The position numbers and the translations under genes are program-made. Below the pieces are notes generated by a model. It did no database searches. It saw only the letters and a list, made by a program, of their open reading frames with translations, and was not told the DNA's origin. DNA of 64,000 bases from an uncultured Spirochaetota bacterium (GTDB taxonomy: Bacteria; Spirochaetota; Brevinematia; Brevinematales; JAOACQ01). Positions within the stretch are counted from its first letter, which is position 1. Every line of letters starts with the position of its first letter. Below, one piece after another: positions 1-9,318 of this stretch. Where the stretch lies: positions 416,001 to 480,000 of the forward strand of contig CAWIGG010000002.1 of NCBI GenBank assembly GCA_963835575.1. Direction: 5' to 3'.

Positions 1-584
1 ATTTCTTCTACAATAGAAATTAAAGCGAGTTCAAGAATGCTTCTAATGCGTACGTTTTTACCATTTATATACATTAAAAATCTTTCAAGATTTACTTTAT
101 TTGCTTCTGGATAAGCATTTTGAGTTATTCTCAATTCTTTCAATTCAACTCTTCCGTTTTCATTTTCCCATTCATCGGTTTCTAAAATATGTTCTAATTC
201 TTGTATAGTTTGATTGTCTAACCCATAATGAGCCAAAATACGAGTTTCGATAATTTTTTGGGCTATTGGTAATAATTCAATGCCAATACTATTGCAACCA
301 AATAAAGATGAAGCAAATAAAGTTGTACCAATTCCTGCAAAAGGATCTAATATTGTGTTTCTCATCTGGTATTTATAAATCAAATATTCCACTAAGACAG
401 AAGAAAATGCTTCTTTATATTTATACCATCTAAAGGATTCGATTTTCTTATCTGCTTGGGAACTTACTGTTTTCCTCGATAAATTCGGATCTTCAACAAT
501 CAAATCCCTATAAAATTCTTCTAATTCTTCAGTTTGATTTTCTATATTATTTGCGCGGTGATTTATCTCTGCCATTAAGACCAT
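1..584 (-). CDS. DNA methyltransferase (amino-MTase, N4-C/N6-A type), 3' end outside window
   Basis: Manual translation from ATG 584 (RBS GAGG): ...RWYKYKEAFS...ILDPFAGIGTTLFASSLFGCNSIGIELLP, a SAM-binding motif I. AT-rich; not in the ORF track because it runs off the edge. Confidence 0.8.
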   Translation of the reverse strand, partial: MVLMAEINHRANNIENQTEELEEFYRDLIVEDPNLSRKTVSSQADKKIESFRWYKYKEAFSSVLVEYLIYKYQMRNTILDPFAGIGTTLFASSLFGCNSIGIELLPIAQKIIETRILAHYGLDNQTIQELEHILETDEWENENGRVELKELRITQNAYPEANKVNLERFLMYINGKNVRIRSILELALISIVEE

Positions 585-749
585 ATTAATACCTCTTTCA
601 ATTTATAAAACCATTTCTGAAAAATTATATTCATTATATTATTTTTTGGCAATAAATTTAAACAATAAAACACTGATCATTGCTGTCTAAATTGAAATTT
701 CAAATTTAAGATATAAACTTATTATTTTCATTTCAATCTTACGAATTGG

Positions 750-844
750 AACCACAGACGCCGTGGTGAGCTTGCCGAACCATTACACAGATTTCACCGA
801 TACATACAAAATTATAATCTGTGTTTTCTGTGAAATCTGTGGTT
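750..844. repeat. Inverted array of CACAGA-type 9-mer repeats with a 24-bp insert at 759-782
   Basis: aaccacaga...ttacacagatttcaccgat / atctgtgttttctgtgaaatctgtggtt. Confidence 0.7.
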
Positions 845-1003
845 TCGGCCTGTTGTTCATTCTCTATTAAACAGTTGGCATAGCTATGTGCCTAATCTCA
901 TTTGGACAAAAGTGAATGCTGATATAAATAGTAAAAAACATGCTTGCGATTTTTCTTCATTTTCATTACAATAAATGCCGAATTTTTATGCGAGGAGAAT
1001 TAT

Positions 1004-1972
1004 ATGTACAGACCGGAGATTAAAGTACTGGACTGTTCCATCAGGGACGGCGGGTTGATCAATAAATGGCAGTTCAGCGATGAGTTTGTAAGGGCGAGTT
1101 TTAAAGCGGCGACTGAAGCCGGCGTTGATTATATGGAAATTGGGTATAAAGCCTCCAAAGAGCAGTTTGACCCGAAGGAATTCGGTAAATGGCGTTTCTG
1201 TAATGATGATGATGTAAAAAAAATCGTGGAAGGCATAGAATCAAAAACAAAGCTGGCATGCATGGTCGATATCGGGAGGGTGGAAGAAAAGGACGTTCTT
1301 CCGAAAAATGAATCCCCTTTCAGCATGATCCGGGTCGCGTGCTATATCAAGGACGTGGATAAAGCGATTGACCTCTGCAATATGATCATGGACAAGGGTT
1401 ATGAAACAACGGTGAATATCATGGCCGTTTCCACCAATCTGGAAAGGGAAATTGATGAGGCCCTGAATGATCTCGGTAAAACAAAAGTCCCCATTGTGTA
1501 TGTCGTGGATTCATACGGCAATATGTACAGCGAGGATGTGACATTCCTTGTGAAAAAATATTTGAGCGCCCTGAAGGGTAAAACCGTCGGTATTCATACC
1601 CACAATAACCGCCAGCTTGCCTTCGGCAATACCATACAGGCGATCATAGACGGCGCGAATATGCTGGATGCCTCAGTTTACGGCATCGGCCGCGGCCCGG
1701 GCAATTGCTGTCTGGAGCTTTTGATGAGCTTTCTCCAGAACCCGAAATATAATCTGAGGCCTTTGTTAAAACTGATCCAGGAACATTATCTGCCTTTGAG
1801 GGAAAAGATAGAGTGGGGTTATATCATACCTTATATGATCACCGGAATGCTCAATGAGCATCCCCGCATAGCGATCGCTTTCAGGGATTCGCCTGAAAAG
1901 GATGATTTTGTCAGGTTTTATGATATGCTGACCACCCCGGAACCGGAAGATCTGATTAAAAAGGCAAAGTAG
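1004..1972 (+). CDS. DRE-TIM (HMGL-like) aldolase / pyruvate carboxyltransferase family protein
   Basis: LDCSIRDGG, HTHNN and GIGRGPGN motifs; RBS GAGGAG before ATG 1004. Confidence 0.85.
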   Translation: MYRPEIKVLDCSIRDGGLINKWQFSDEFVRASFKAATEAGVDYMEIGYKASKEQFDPKEFGKWRFCNDDDVKKIVEGIESKTKLACMVDIGRVEEKDVLPKNESPFSMIRVACYIKDVDKAIDLCNMIMDKGYETTVNIMAVSTNLEREIDEALNDLGKTKVPIVYVVDSYGNMYSEDVTFLVKKYLSALKGKTVGIHTHNNRQLAFGNTIQAIIDGANMLDASVYGIGRGPGNCCLELLMSFLQNPKYNLRPLLKLIQEHYLPLREKIEWGYIIPYMITGMLNEHPRIAIAFRDSPEKDDFVRFYDMLTTPEPEDLIKKAK

Positions 1973-1974
1973 AA

Positions 1975-2571
1975 ATGGGGCTTTTAAAAATCGGCATAGC
2001 CAGGGGTATTTCCGAAGGATCTCTCATTCCAGCCTTCGAGGCGGCTATAAAAGGCGGCTTCAATCTCCTTGAAGTGACGATGAATACGCCTGATGCTGAA
2101 AAGCTTATAGCATCGGCCGTCATGAACCTTAAAAACAAGGCTTCCATCGGAGCAGGCACCGTCACGACCATGAGGCAGCTGAAGGGAGCGCTTGACGCAG
2201 GTGCCGGATTTATCGTCAGTCCTGTCGCCGATCTTAAAATCATACGCTATTGCGTAAAAAGGAAAATCCCCGTTTATCCCGGCGCTTTAACACCGGCGGA
2301 AATTCTAAGAGCCTGGGAAGCTGGGGCCTCGATGGTCAAAGTTTTTCCTGTTGCTTCGATGGGAGGCCCTGATTATATCGGGGAACTGAAAGGGCCTTTT
2401 CAGCAGATCAGGCTTCTGGCCTGCGGCGGAGTGACGCCGGAGAATCTGCCCGAATATATCGCAAACGGCGTTGATGGGATAGCGATCGGCAGCCGGCTTT
2501 TTAAAAGCGAATGGCTGGATAAAAGGCAGTATGAAAAAATCACTGAAACGGCTTTAAAATATCAGGGATGA
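1975..2571 (+). CDS. eda: KDPG/KHG aldolase
   Basis: EVTMNTP, IGAGTV, FIVSP, VKVFP and ACGGV motifs. Confidence 0.85.
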   Translation: MGLLKIGIARGISEGSLIPAFEAAIKGGFNLLEVTMNTPDAEKLIASAVMNLKNKASIGAGTVTTMRQLKGALDAGAGFIVSPVADLKIIRYCVKRKIPVYPGALTPAEILRAWEAGASMVKVFPVASMGGPDYIGELKGPFQQIRLLACGGVTPENLPEYIANGVDGIAIGSRLFKSEWLDKRQYEKITETALKYQG

Positions 2572-2808
2572 ACCAGTTCATTTTAATACCTTTTCTTGGT
2601 AATCCAAAAAATAATGTATTTTATTTCAATATTCTTCTAGATTAATGAAATGTTCTTAAGAGAGAATGATTTGAGTTTTTTCTTTAATACGCCGAAAAAT
2701 TTTATGTTATATTATTTATGCCGTGGACCGGCTTGATTTATTTTAAAATGATCTGATATGGATTGCCAATTGAAATGGCACGATTCATCTGGAAAAAGGA
2801 TTTGTCTC

Positions 2809-3798
2809 ATGATAAGGAACATTTTTAAGGGGGTTTTATTTATTTCCGTGCTGATCATTATAGAAGCCGCGGGTTACGGGGATATTATTAGATTAAAAAA
2901 CGGGGTTATTCTGACCGGTGATATCATTGCTGAAACCGGGGCGGAATTTGTTATTAAAACGGAAAAATACGGAGAGGCCAGGGTCCAGAAGTTCTCGATC
3001 AGCTCCATAGAATACGGCAGTCAGCAGAGCCTGAACAATACGGCAGTCATCAGCAATGAAGCCGAGAACACGAACAGCCAGAATGTCACGGTCAGCACCA
3101 ACGTTCTTAAAAAAAACAAGACGCCGTCTGACAGGGCTAATCGTCCTTTATTCGGGCTCAATGCCGGCTTTATGCCGATGTGGTCGGGTTTATCGCTGGA
3201 AGTGCCGTCATCTTATTTGCCCCCGGGCGTGACTGAAAAAATTTATGAGGATTTTGAAGTCAGGAACTATATGCAGATCGGCCTGTTTCTGGATTTGATA
3301 TATGTCAGACTGGATTTAAGCTATGGTTTTTCCCTGGGGAAATTAAACGGCGTTACTCTCCGGGATGAAATGACGTCGTCTTCGGCAACAATTGTCATGA
3401 CAAATTACGGCCTTTTCATCAACAGTGTTTCTTCCCTGAATATCGCGATGATATTTAAAGTTCCGGTTAATATATCAGAGGGATCGACAGTCTGGCCGGC
3501 GGTCGGATTTGAATGCACAATCCCTCTGACTTATGAAATCAATGATACAAATGTTATTACAAACAGCTATTATGATCTGACCGATATATGGCTGAAGGCG
3601 GGTTTTGGAGTTAATATTAAAATAAGCGAGCAGGTCTATTTTGTGCCTTCTGTTTTCGTTTCTATTAATTTGACTCCCAACATTTATAAGGACACAGATA
3701 ACGATCCAATATCAGGGCCCTTATCATTTTCCGATCTGAAATATGCCTCTTACGCCTGGCGTCTGGACTTTAACATCGGGATTGCTTTCGGGTTATAA
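2809..3798 (+). CDS. Putative outer-membrane beta-barrel protein, paralogue 1
   Basis: Signal peptide, DIIRLKNG..LTG N-terminal domain, alternating beta-strands, C-terminus IGIAFGL. Confidence 0.7.
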   Translation: MIRNIFKGVLFISVLIIIEAAGYGDIIRLKNGVILTGDIIAETGAEFVIKTEKYGEARVQKFSISSIEYGSQQSLNNTAVISNEAENTNSQNVTVSTNVLKKNKTPSDRANRPLFGLNAGFMPMWSGLSLEVPSSYLPPGVTEKIYEDFEVRNYMQIGLFLDLIYVRLDLSYGFSLGKLNGVTLRDEMTSSSATIVMTNYGLFINSVSSLNIAMIFKVPVNISEGSTVWPAVGFECTIPLTYEINDTNVITNSYYDLTDIWLKAGFGVNIKISEQVYFVPSVFVSINLTPNIYKDTDNDPISGPLSFSDLKYASYAWRLDFNIGIAFGL

Positions 3799-4087
3799 TC
3801 AAAAAATTCCCGGCATTGTCCCTTTTTAACAGTATTGACGGCGGAATGTCCCGATATCAGCGCTGAAACATGGCCCCCCGGCTTAAATTTCCGTCAATAA
3901 CAAATCACAGTAATGAGAGGCGCAAAATATTTTATAAAATCCAATACTTTTTCCAAATTTATGGTATACTATGAATACGGAAGAATTTGAGTTTTTTCCC
4001 TCATTCGCCGAATAACTTTATATTCTATTGAGAAATAGAGCGGGACAATTAGATTATATTAGAGGCAAAAGTATTGATAAGGGAGAT

Positions 4088-5110
4088 ATGTTTATGATAA
4101 AGGGTATTTCTGCTCTGATAATCTTTTTTGCGGCGGTATTCTGCATAAAAGCAACCGGTTATGGGGACGTTGTCCGCTTAAAAAACGGGATTGTTTTAAC
4201 CGGTGATATAATTATGGAAACGGAAAATGAAATTGTGATAAAAATGGTCAAGTACGGTGAGGGAAGGATAAAAAAGTTTGCCATCAGCTCCATAGAATAT
4301 ACAGGGATGCCTGAAGTAAATTACAGCGTCGTTTCCAACGGCGTTGCTCAAGAACCTAAAAAAGAGCAGACTCTGAGTACCAACAGCACGGAAAACAAAA
4401 CCGAAAATTCAAATGAACCCCAGAAAAAAAACGATGATTATTTTCATGCAGCGTTCGGGATCAATACCGGTTTTTACCCGATGTGGTCAGGATATTCCAT
4501 GGAAGACACAGAAAATATATTTGGCGTTGATATGACAACAAAGCAGAGTATGGATTTTGATGCGAATTATTATATGAATACCGGATTTTTTATCGATCTT
4601 ATGTTCCTCCGGTTCGATATCGGTTATGGTTTTGTTCTCTCAACTAATACGGCTGCAACTGGAACAATATCAACGACTGCCTCCGGCATACCGATACCGA
4701 TTTTTGCAGCAACAAATAGAATGATAATGAGTTACAGCTATTCATATCTCAGCCTGAGTCTCCTTTTTAAAATACCTCCCTCTTCAACTGGCCCGGTTTC
4801 ATTATGGCCGGCCCTGGGAGTGGAGTATGATTTTGCTTTAACCTACAATATCAACGGTTTAAATATGATGACAAATAAGGATGCAAATTTGAATAACTTC
4901 TGGATTCTTGCGGGCGGCGGAATGAATATCAAACTGGCGGAGCATTTTTCTATTATCCCAACAATTTTATTCGGATATAATTTAAGGGCAGCGCTTTTTA
5001 ATGATACGGATACCGATCCTTTATCCTATTCAAAATCATTTTCCGATATTAAATTATTCGCTTACGGTTTTAAGATAAATGTCAATCTGGGCTTTGCTTT
5101 CGTACTATAA
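4088..5110 (+). CDS. Putative outer-membrane beta-barrel protein, paralogue 2
   Basis: Same architecture as 2809-3798 (DVVRLKNG, GF.PMWSG, WPA.G.E, DTD.DP); C-terminus LGFAFVL. Confidence 0.7.
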   Translation: MFMIKGISALIIFFAAVFCIKATGYGDVVRLKNGIVLTGDIIMETENEIVIKMVKYGEGRIKKFAISSIEYTGMPEVNYSVVSNGVAQEPKKEQTLSTNSTENKTENSNEPQKKNDDYFHAAFGINTGFYPMWSGYSMEDTENIFGVDMTTKQSMDFDANYYMNTGFFIDLMFLRFDIGYGFVLSTNTAATGTISTTASGIPIPIFAATNRMIMSYSYSYLSLSLLFKIPPSSTGPVSLWPALGVEYDFALTYNINGLNMMTNKDANLNNFWILAGGGMNIKLAEHFSIIPTILFGYNLRAALFNDTDTDPLSYSKSFSDIKLFAYGFKINVNLGFAFVL

Positions 5111-5288
5111 TTCTTCAATCTGACCGGCAGAAAATACATAAATAAATTCTCCGGAAGTTATATTCAGGGCAGTTCTAAAGAAATCAATTATCTTTCAAAA
5201 ATTCGGCAGCGGAAATTGTACTGCGATTGATTTGCGATTATTTCCAAAATTATTTTATAATCAATCTATATTTAAAAGGGATAAAGTA

Positions 5289-6581
5289 ATGTCTGATCAT
5301 ATAAATCTTGACAGGTATTTCTGGCGGAATACGGTCTCCATTTCCGGGGGCGAATTTTTATGGGGGCTCGGTCTTCCCATAGTCATGGAATCGACATTTG
5401 TGACTATCTTTTTGAGCGTCATAGGGGCAACGAACTCGCAGATAGGGCTTTGCGGCATGATATTGAATCTGTCTTTTGCCCTTGTTCCTGTTTTCGCGGC
5501 CTATATGACAGCCCGGATGCCGTACAAAAAAGGGCCGACGGTCTGGCTGCAGGTCATCCCTTCTGTCGGCATCATCCTGCTGGGGATTTATTATATAGCT
5601 CTTGGTATTCATCGGAACGCATATACAGCTTTTGTCATTTTTTATACATTGTTTGCCGTCGGTATTGCCTCAACGGTTCCCGTCTGGCAGAATTTTATTG
5701 TTAAAATATTTACTCCGCAAAATAGTGTCCGCGGAATTTCCATTATGATGGTCGCACAGAATACAGCCAAGCTTCTCAGCGGATCTGTTCTGACCCTTGC
5801 GCTGGGAGTCGTCGGTTTAAAGCTGGACTCCGCGGGACTTATTTTCTTTTTATCCGGCACGGTGTTTCTTATTGGATCGTTCATTTTTTCTTTTGCAAAA
5901 GAAAACCGCGATGAAATTGATCATTCAACGGCAGAAAATCCGGTGAAGTATTACAGGCATTATTTCAGGCATATTCTGAAGAACCGCAATATGCTTCTTT
6001 ATCTTCTGCAGGATGTCGAATTTACAGCGGCGGTTGTAGCGATTACATTTTACGCCCGTTATGCCGTTGATTACTGCGGCATCCCGGTTTCAGCGGCGGG
6101 AGGTATTTTTATCATAATGATTTTCCTGGGAGCCGTTTTTGCCAGTTTAATCCTTGGTTTTATAAAAAATTTGACCATGAAATTCCGTTACTGGATCATC
6201 AAAATCTGCTCGATTGCCGGATTGGCCCTGCTTATTTTGCTGAAAAGTGAAATTGCTTTTCTGGCAGCGAGCTTTTTTCTCGGATTCTCCAGGTCAGGCA
6301 GGCTTCAGCTTTACGGGCCGGTTGTGAAGGGTTTTTCCGGACTGCAGGACGCGAGCCCTTACTATGCCATAGCTCCGATTCTCATGCTTCCGGTCAGTTC
6401 ATGGTTCCCCATCGCTTTAGGTTTCCTTCTTGATAAGTTGTCGGTATTGAAAGCAGTTTCATTTCAGATAGGATTTGTCTGCCTGATCGTGATTGTTCTG
6501 CTCAGTCTGATCCCTTTTATTCTGCTCCGCTTTCCGGAGAAAACGGACGAAACTGCCCCGCCTTCGGTTATTGAAGGGTAA
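5289..6581 (+). CDS. MFS transporter
   Basis: About 12 hydrophobic segments in two halves with a central loop. Confidence 0.8.
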   Translation: MSDHINLDRYFWRNTVSISGGEFLWGLGLPIVMESTFVTIFLSVIGATNSQIGLCGMILNLSFALVPVFAAYMTARMPYKKGPTVWLQVIPSVGIILLGIYYIALGIHRNAYTAFVIFYTLFAVGIASTVPVWQNFIVKIFTPQNSVRGISIMMVAQNTAKLLSGSVLTLALGVVGLKLDSAGLIFFLSGTVFLIGSFIFSFAKENRDEIDHSTAENPVKYYRHYFRHILKNRNMLLYLLQDVEFTAAVVAITFYARYAVDYCGIPVSAAGGIFIIMIFLGAVFASLILGFIKNLTMKFRYWIIKICSIAGLALLILLKSEIAFLAASFFLGFSRSGRLQLYGPVVKGFSGLQDASPYYAIAPILMLPVSSWFPIALGFLLDKLSVLKAVSFQIGFVCLIVIVLLSLIPFILLRFPEKTDETAPPSVIEG

Positions 6582-6675
6582 GGATTATAGTCGAAAGTCG
6601 ACAGTAGGATTTCGGATGTTTGCTGCCGACTCATTTATTGATAAAAGATATTATTTTGAGTTTTAAAGCCGGCGC

Positions 6676-9027
6676 TTAAATCTGTTTTTTTGCTCTGTTC
6701 TTCTTTTTTTTCTTATTTTCGTAAAGGCGGCTGTCGGCTTCGGACATCAAATATTCAAGGGTATATTCCACCCCGGGTTCATAAGGGGCGGCTCCCAGCG
6801 TTATATTGAGCGAAAATTTTGTCTTACCGCTATTGTTATATTTTTTGAGCAGGCCGCACATTCTGCTTTCTATTGCGGTGAATTCCTTAAAAATGGTATC
6901 GATGGCAAGGATGTTGAACTCATCGCCGCCGATCCGGGCAACAATATCCGTACTCCGGAAGCATTCTTTGAGAATTCCGGCTGTTTGTATTATAGCCAGG
7001 TCTCCGGCGTCATGCCCGAACCGGTCGTTGATATCCTTCAAGCCGTCCATATCCGCGAAAATCAGCAGAAAGAAACGCTTTTTCCTTTTTGACAGGCTGA
7101 AATGCTGTTCGGCCAGCATCTGGAAGCCTCTTCTATTATAAAGTCCTGTCAGATGATCATGCATGGAAATTTCCTGTATTTCCTTATTACGCTCAGACAA
7201 TTCTTTCAAGGTTATTTTCAATTGTTTTTCAGTCTCCTGTTTATTAATAATCTCATTTTTCAAAAGAATATTTGTTTCCACGAGTTCAGATGTCCTCATA
7301 GAGACTTCATTTTCAAGGTTCTGCTTCTGTTCCCGGATTTCCTCAATCATTGCGATATTTTTGATTGAATAGCTGATCTTGTTCCGGAAAAAATCATAAA
7401 ATTTATTTCCCTTCAAATCCATACTCATCATCAATAGGCCTAAGGGTTCTTCTCCGACATAGAGGAGCTGATTGATGACACATGAACTTCCGCAGCTGAA
7501 TAACAGACCGTCAGGCAGAAGCTTTCTGCCGTTGAATACCGGGGATTCCGGATAAAAATCCTGACTTTTCCCGCAGCTGTGAATGATAAAAGCCTTCATC
7601 CGTTCCAGGGAACGGTCTTGAGAAGCAAAAAAAGTTATGGCAAGAAATTTGATATGAAAAAAATCGGTCCAGTGGTGAAGGCGCTTATTAATGTCATCAA
7701 ATGACCGGCATAAAGCCAGGTCTTCCCCGAAATCATTCAGTTGCTCCAGCTGATGGTCGGAAATAATCTGATAATCGATCTCCCTTTCTTCTGTCGCTTT
7801 CTCTAAAAGACGGTCGGCATCCCGGAGATAGCTTTCGATCCTTGATATTGCGGCCGGCTCGGCGGCCAGACTGAGAATTTCCCTGGAGAGAAGGGAAAGA
7901 AAAAGCTGATAATCGCTTATTTCAATTCTGTCGGCGGCTGCCTGGCCGGCGATTTTCCTGACAAACGGCAGTAAAGCCTGGTCTTTAACAGAATTCAGCT
8001 GTTCTTCCATAAAGCCGGTCAAGCGGAATGTGTTCCGGTAAAAAAGTTCGGGCCTGTTTGGAATCAGCAGCCGCGTCAGGCGTAATATATTCTCCCTGTC
8101 CAGACGGAACCGGACCGGTTTGTGTTTTTTTTTCACTGTTTCATTATCCGGCTGGATTTCTTTTGTAAAGCAGCCGCAGCTCATCCTGATGATGGGTTTG
8201 CTTTCCAGAATTGTTTCCTTGGAAACAGCTTCTCCGGACAGTATTCCTGCAAGAATTTCAGCGGCCATCCTTCCCTGCATAAAGAAAGGTTGTTTTACAG
8301 TGGTCAGATCAAGGTTGCGGCCGATATCAAAATTATCGAAACCTGTGACCGCAAAATCCCCCGGGACTTTATAACCTCTGGTCCTCAATTCCTCGATGGC
8401 GCCTGAAGCCATTATATCGTTTGCCGCAATAACGGCGTCAAACTTTATTTTACGTACATCAAGGAACTCTCTAATCGCTTCGATGCCGGCCTGAAAAAGA
8501 AAATTCCCTTCAAAATATTGACCGGCTGAAAAATAAAGGCCATGCCTGTTCAGTTCCGTTAAAAAAATCTCGAACCTCTGCTGGCTGTCTGCATTATTTG
8601 CCCCGCCGGAAATGAAAACAAAGTTGCTGTAATGATGCACTTCAATGAGATGGTTCATCAGCGCCTGCATACCGCTCTGGTTGTTGATGAGGATCCCGGG
8701 CACGCCCGGATAAGCCCTCCCCAGGGATACAAGCGGTAAGTTCCTGAAACGCTGTATAAAATCCTCTGAACGGTAAATTCCTATGGAGTTTGAGAGAGAT
8801 GATGTCAGCAGGATCAATCCGTCCGACCTTGATGAGTAATCACATTCAAAAAGCTTGTTTTTAACCCGGTCCAGTAAAAATGAAGATTCGAATTGACCGG
8901 TCACATAAACTAACATTTTATGATTAAATTCGTCGGTGAAGCTCCGTATGCCGGAAAGGATGCTGGAATGATAAGCCGTAACTATCCAGTCCGTTAAAAC
9001 GCCGATTGTGTAGCTCATTTCCGCCAT
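6676..9027 (-). CDS. Diguanylate cyclase with N-terminal LacI-type sugar-binding domain
   Basis: AANDIMA, AVTGFDN, LTTVKQP sensor motifs; coiled coil; DHLTGLYNRRGF, DMDGLKDINDRFGH, RSTD I-site, GGDEF. Confidence 0.9.
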   Translation of the reverse strand: MAEMSYTIGVLTDWIVTAYHSSILSGIRSFTDEFNHKMLVYVTGQFESSFLLDRVKNKLFECDYSSRSDGLILLTSSLSNSIGIYRSEDFIQRFRNLPLVSLGRAYPGVPGILINNQSGMQALMNHLIEVHHYSNFVFISGGANNADSQQRFEIFLTELNRHGLYFSAGQYFEGNFLFQAGIEAIREFLDVRKIKFDAVIAANDIMASGAIEELRTRGYKVPGDFAVTGFDNFDIGRNLDLTTVKQPFFMQGRMAAEILAGILSGEAVSKETILESKPIIRMSCGCFTKEIQPDNETVKKKHKPVRFRLDRENILRLTRLLIPNRPELFYRNTFRLTGFMEEQLNSVKDQALLPFVRKIAGQAAADRIEISDYQLFLSLLSREILSLAAEPAAISRIESYLRDADRLLEKATEEREIDYQIISDHQLEQLNDFGEDLALCRSFDDINKRLHHWTDFFHIKFLAITFFASQDRSLERMKAFIIHSCGKSQDFYPESPVFNGRKLLPDGLLFSCGSSCVINQLLYVGEEPLGLLMMSMDLKGNKFYDFFRNKISYSIKNIAMIEEIREQKQNLENEVSMRTSELVETNILLKNEIINKQETEKQLKITLKELSERNKEIQEISMHDHLTGLYNRRGFQMLAEQHFSLSKRKKRFFLLIFADMDGLKDINDRFGHDAGDLAIIQTAGILKECFRSTDIVARIGGDEFNILAIDTIFKEFTAIESRMCGLLKKYNNSGKTKFSLNITLGAAPYEPGVEYTLEYLMSEADSRLYENKKKKKNRAKKQI

Positions 9028-9106
9028 TAAGGCCTCCCGGGTTAATTGAAAAACAAGTTTACTTAAATTGAGGGATTTCTTATTTTAATACATAGCGTAT
9101 ATAATT

Positions 9107-9159
9107 CCCCTCACTATTTTGTTAGGCTGCACCGGAGTAGCAAACAAAATGGTGAGGGG
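9107..9159. repeat. 53-bp hairpin repeat (CCCCTCAC...GTGAGGGG), copy 1
   Basis: Imperfect palindrome; homologues at 43457-43510 and 60973-61025. Confidence 0.85.
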
Positions 9160-9318
9160 CTATTTATAAGCTTTTGTTAAAAGAATTGCTCAATTTAGGC
9201 TTATATTACTTTAAAACCAACAATACTCTTTGTCAATCCGGGATCTTTTTGATTTTTTCTTTCGGGATTGCCTGGCCGCCTGTCTGTTGATTATTAATTT
9301 TGAATTATATTCTTCAAA

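Noticed and set aside
5161..5178. 18-bp match to the hairpin arm at 21701-21718
   Set aside because: Only one arm is present and two copies are too few to define a family.
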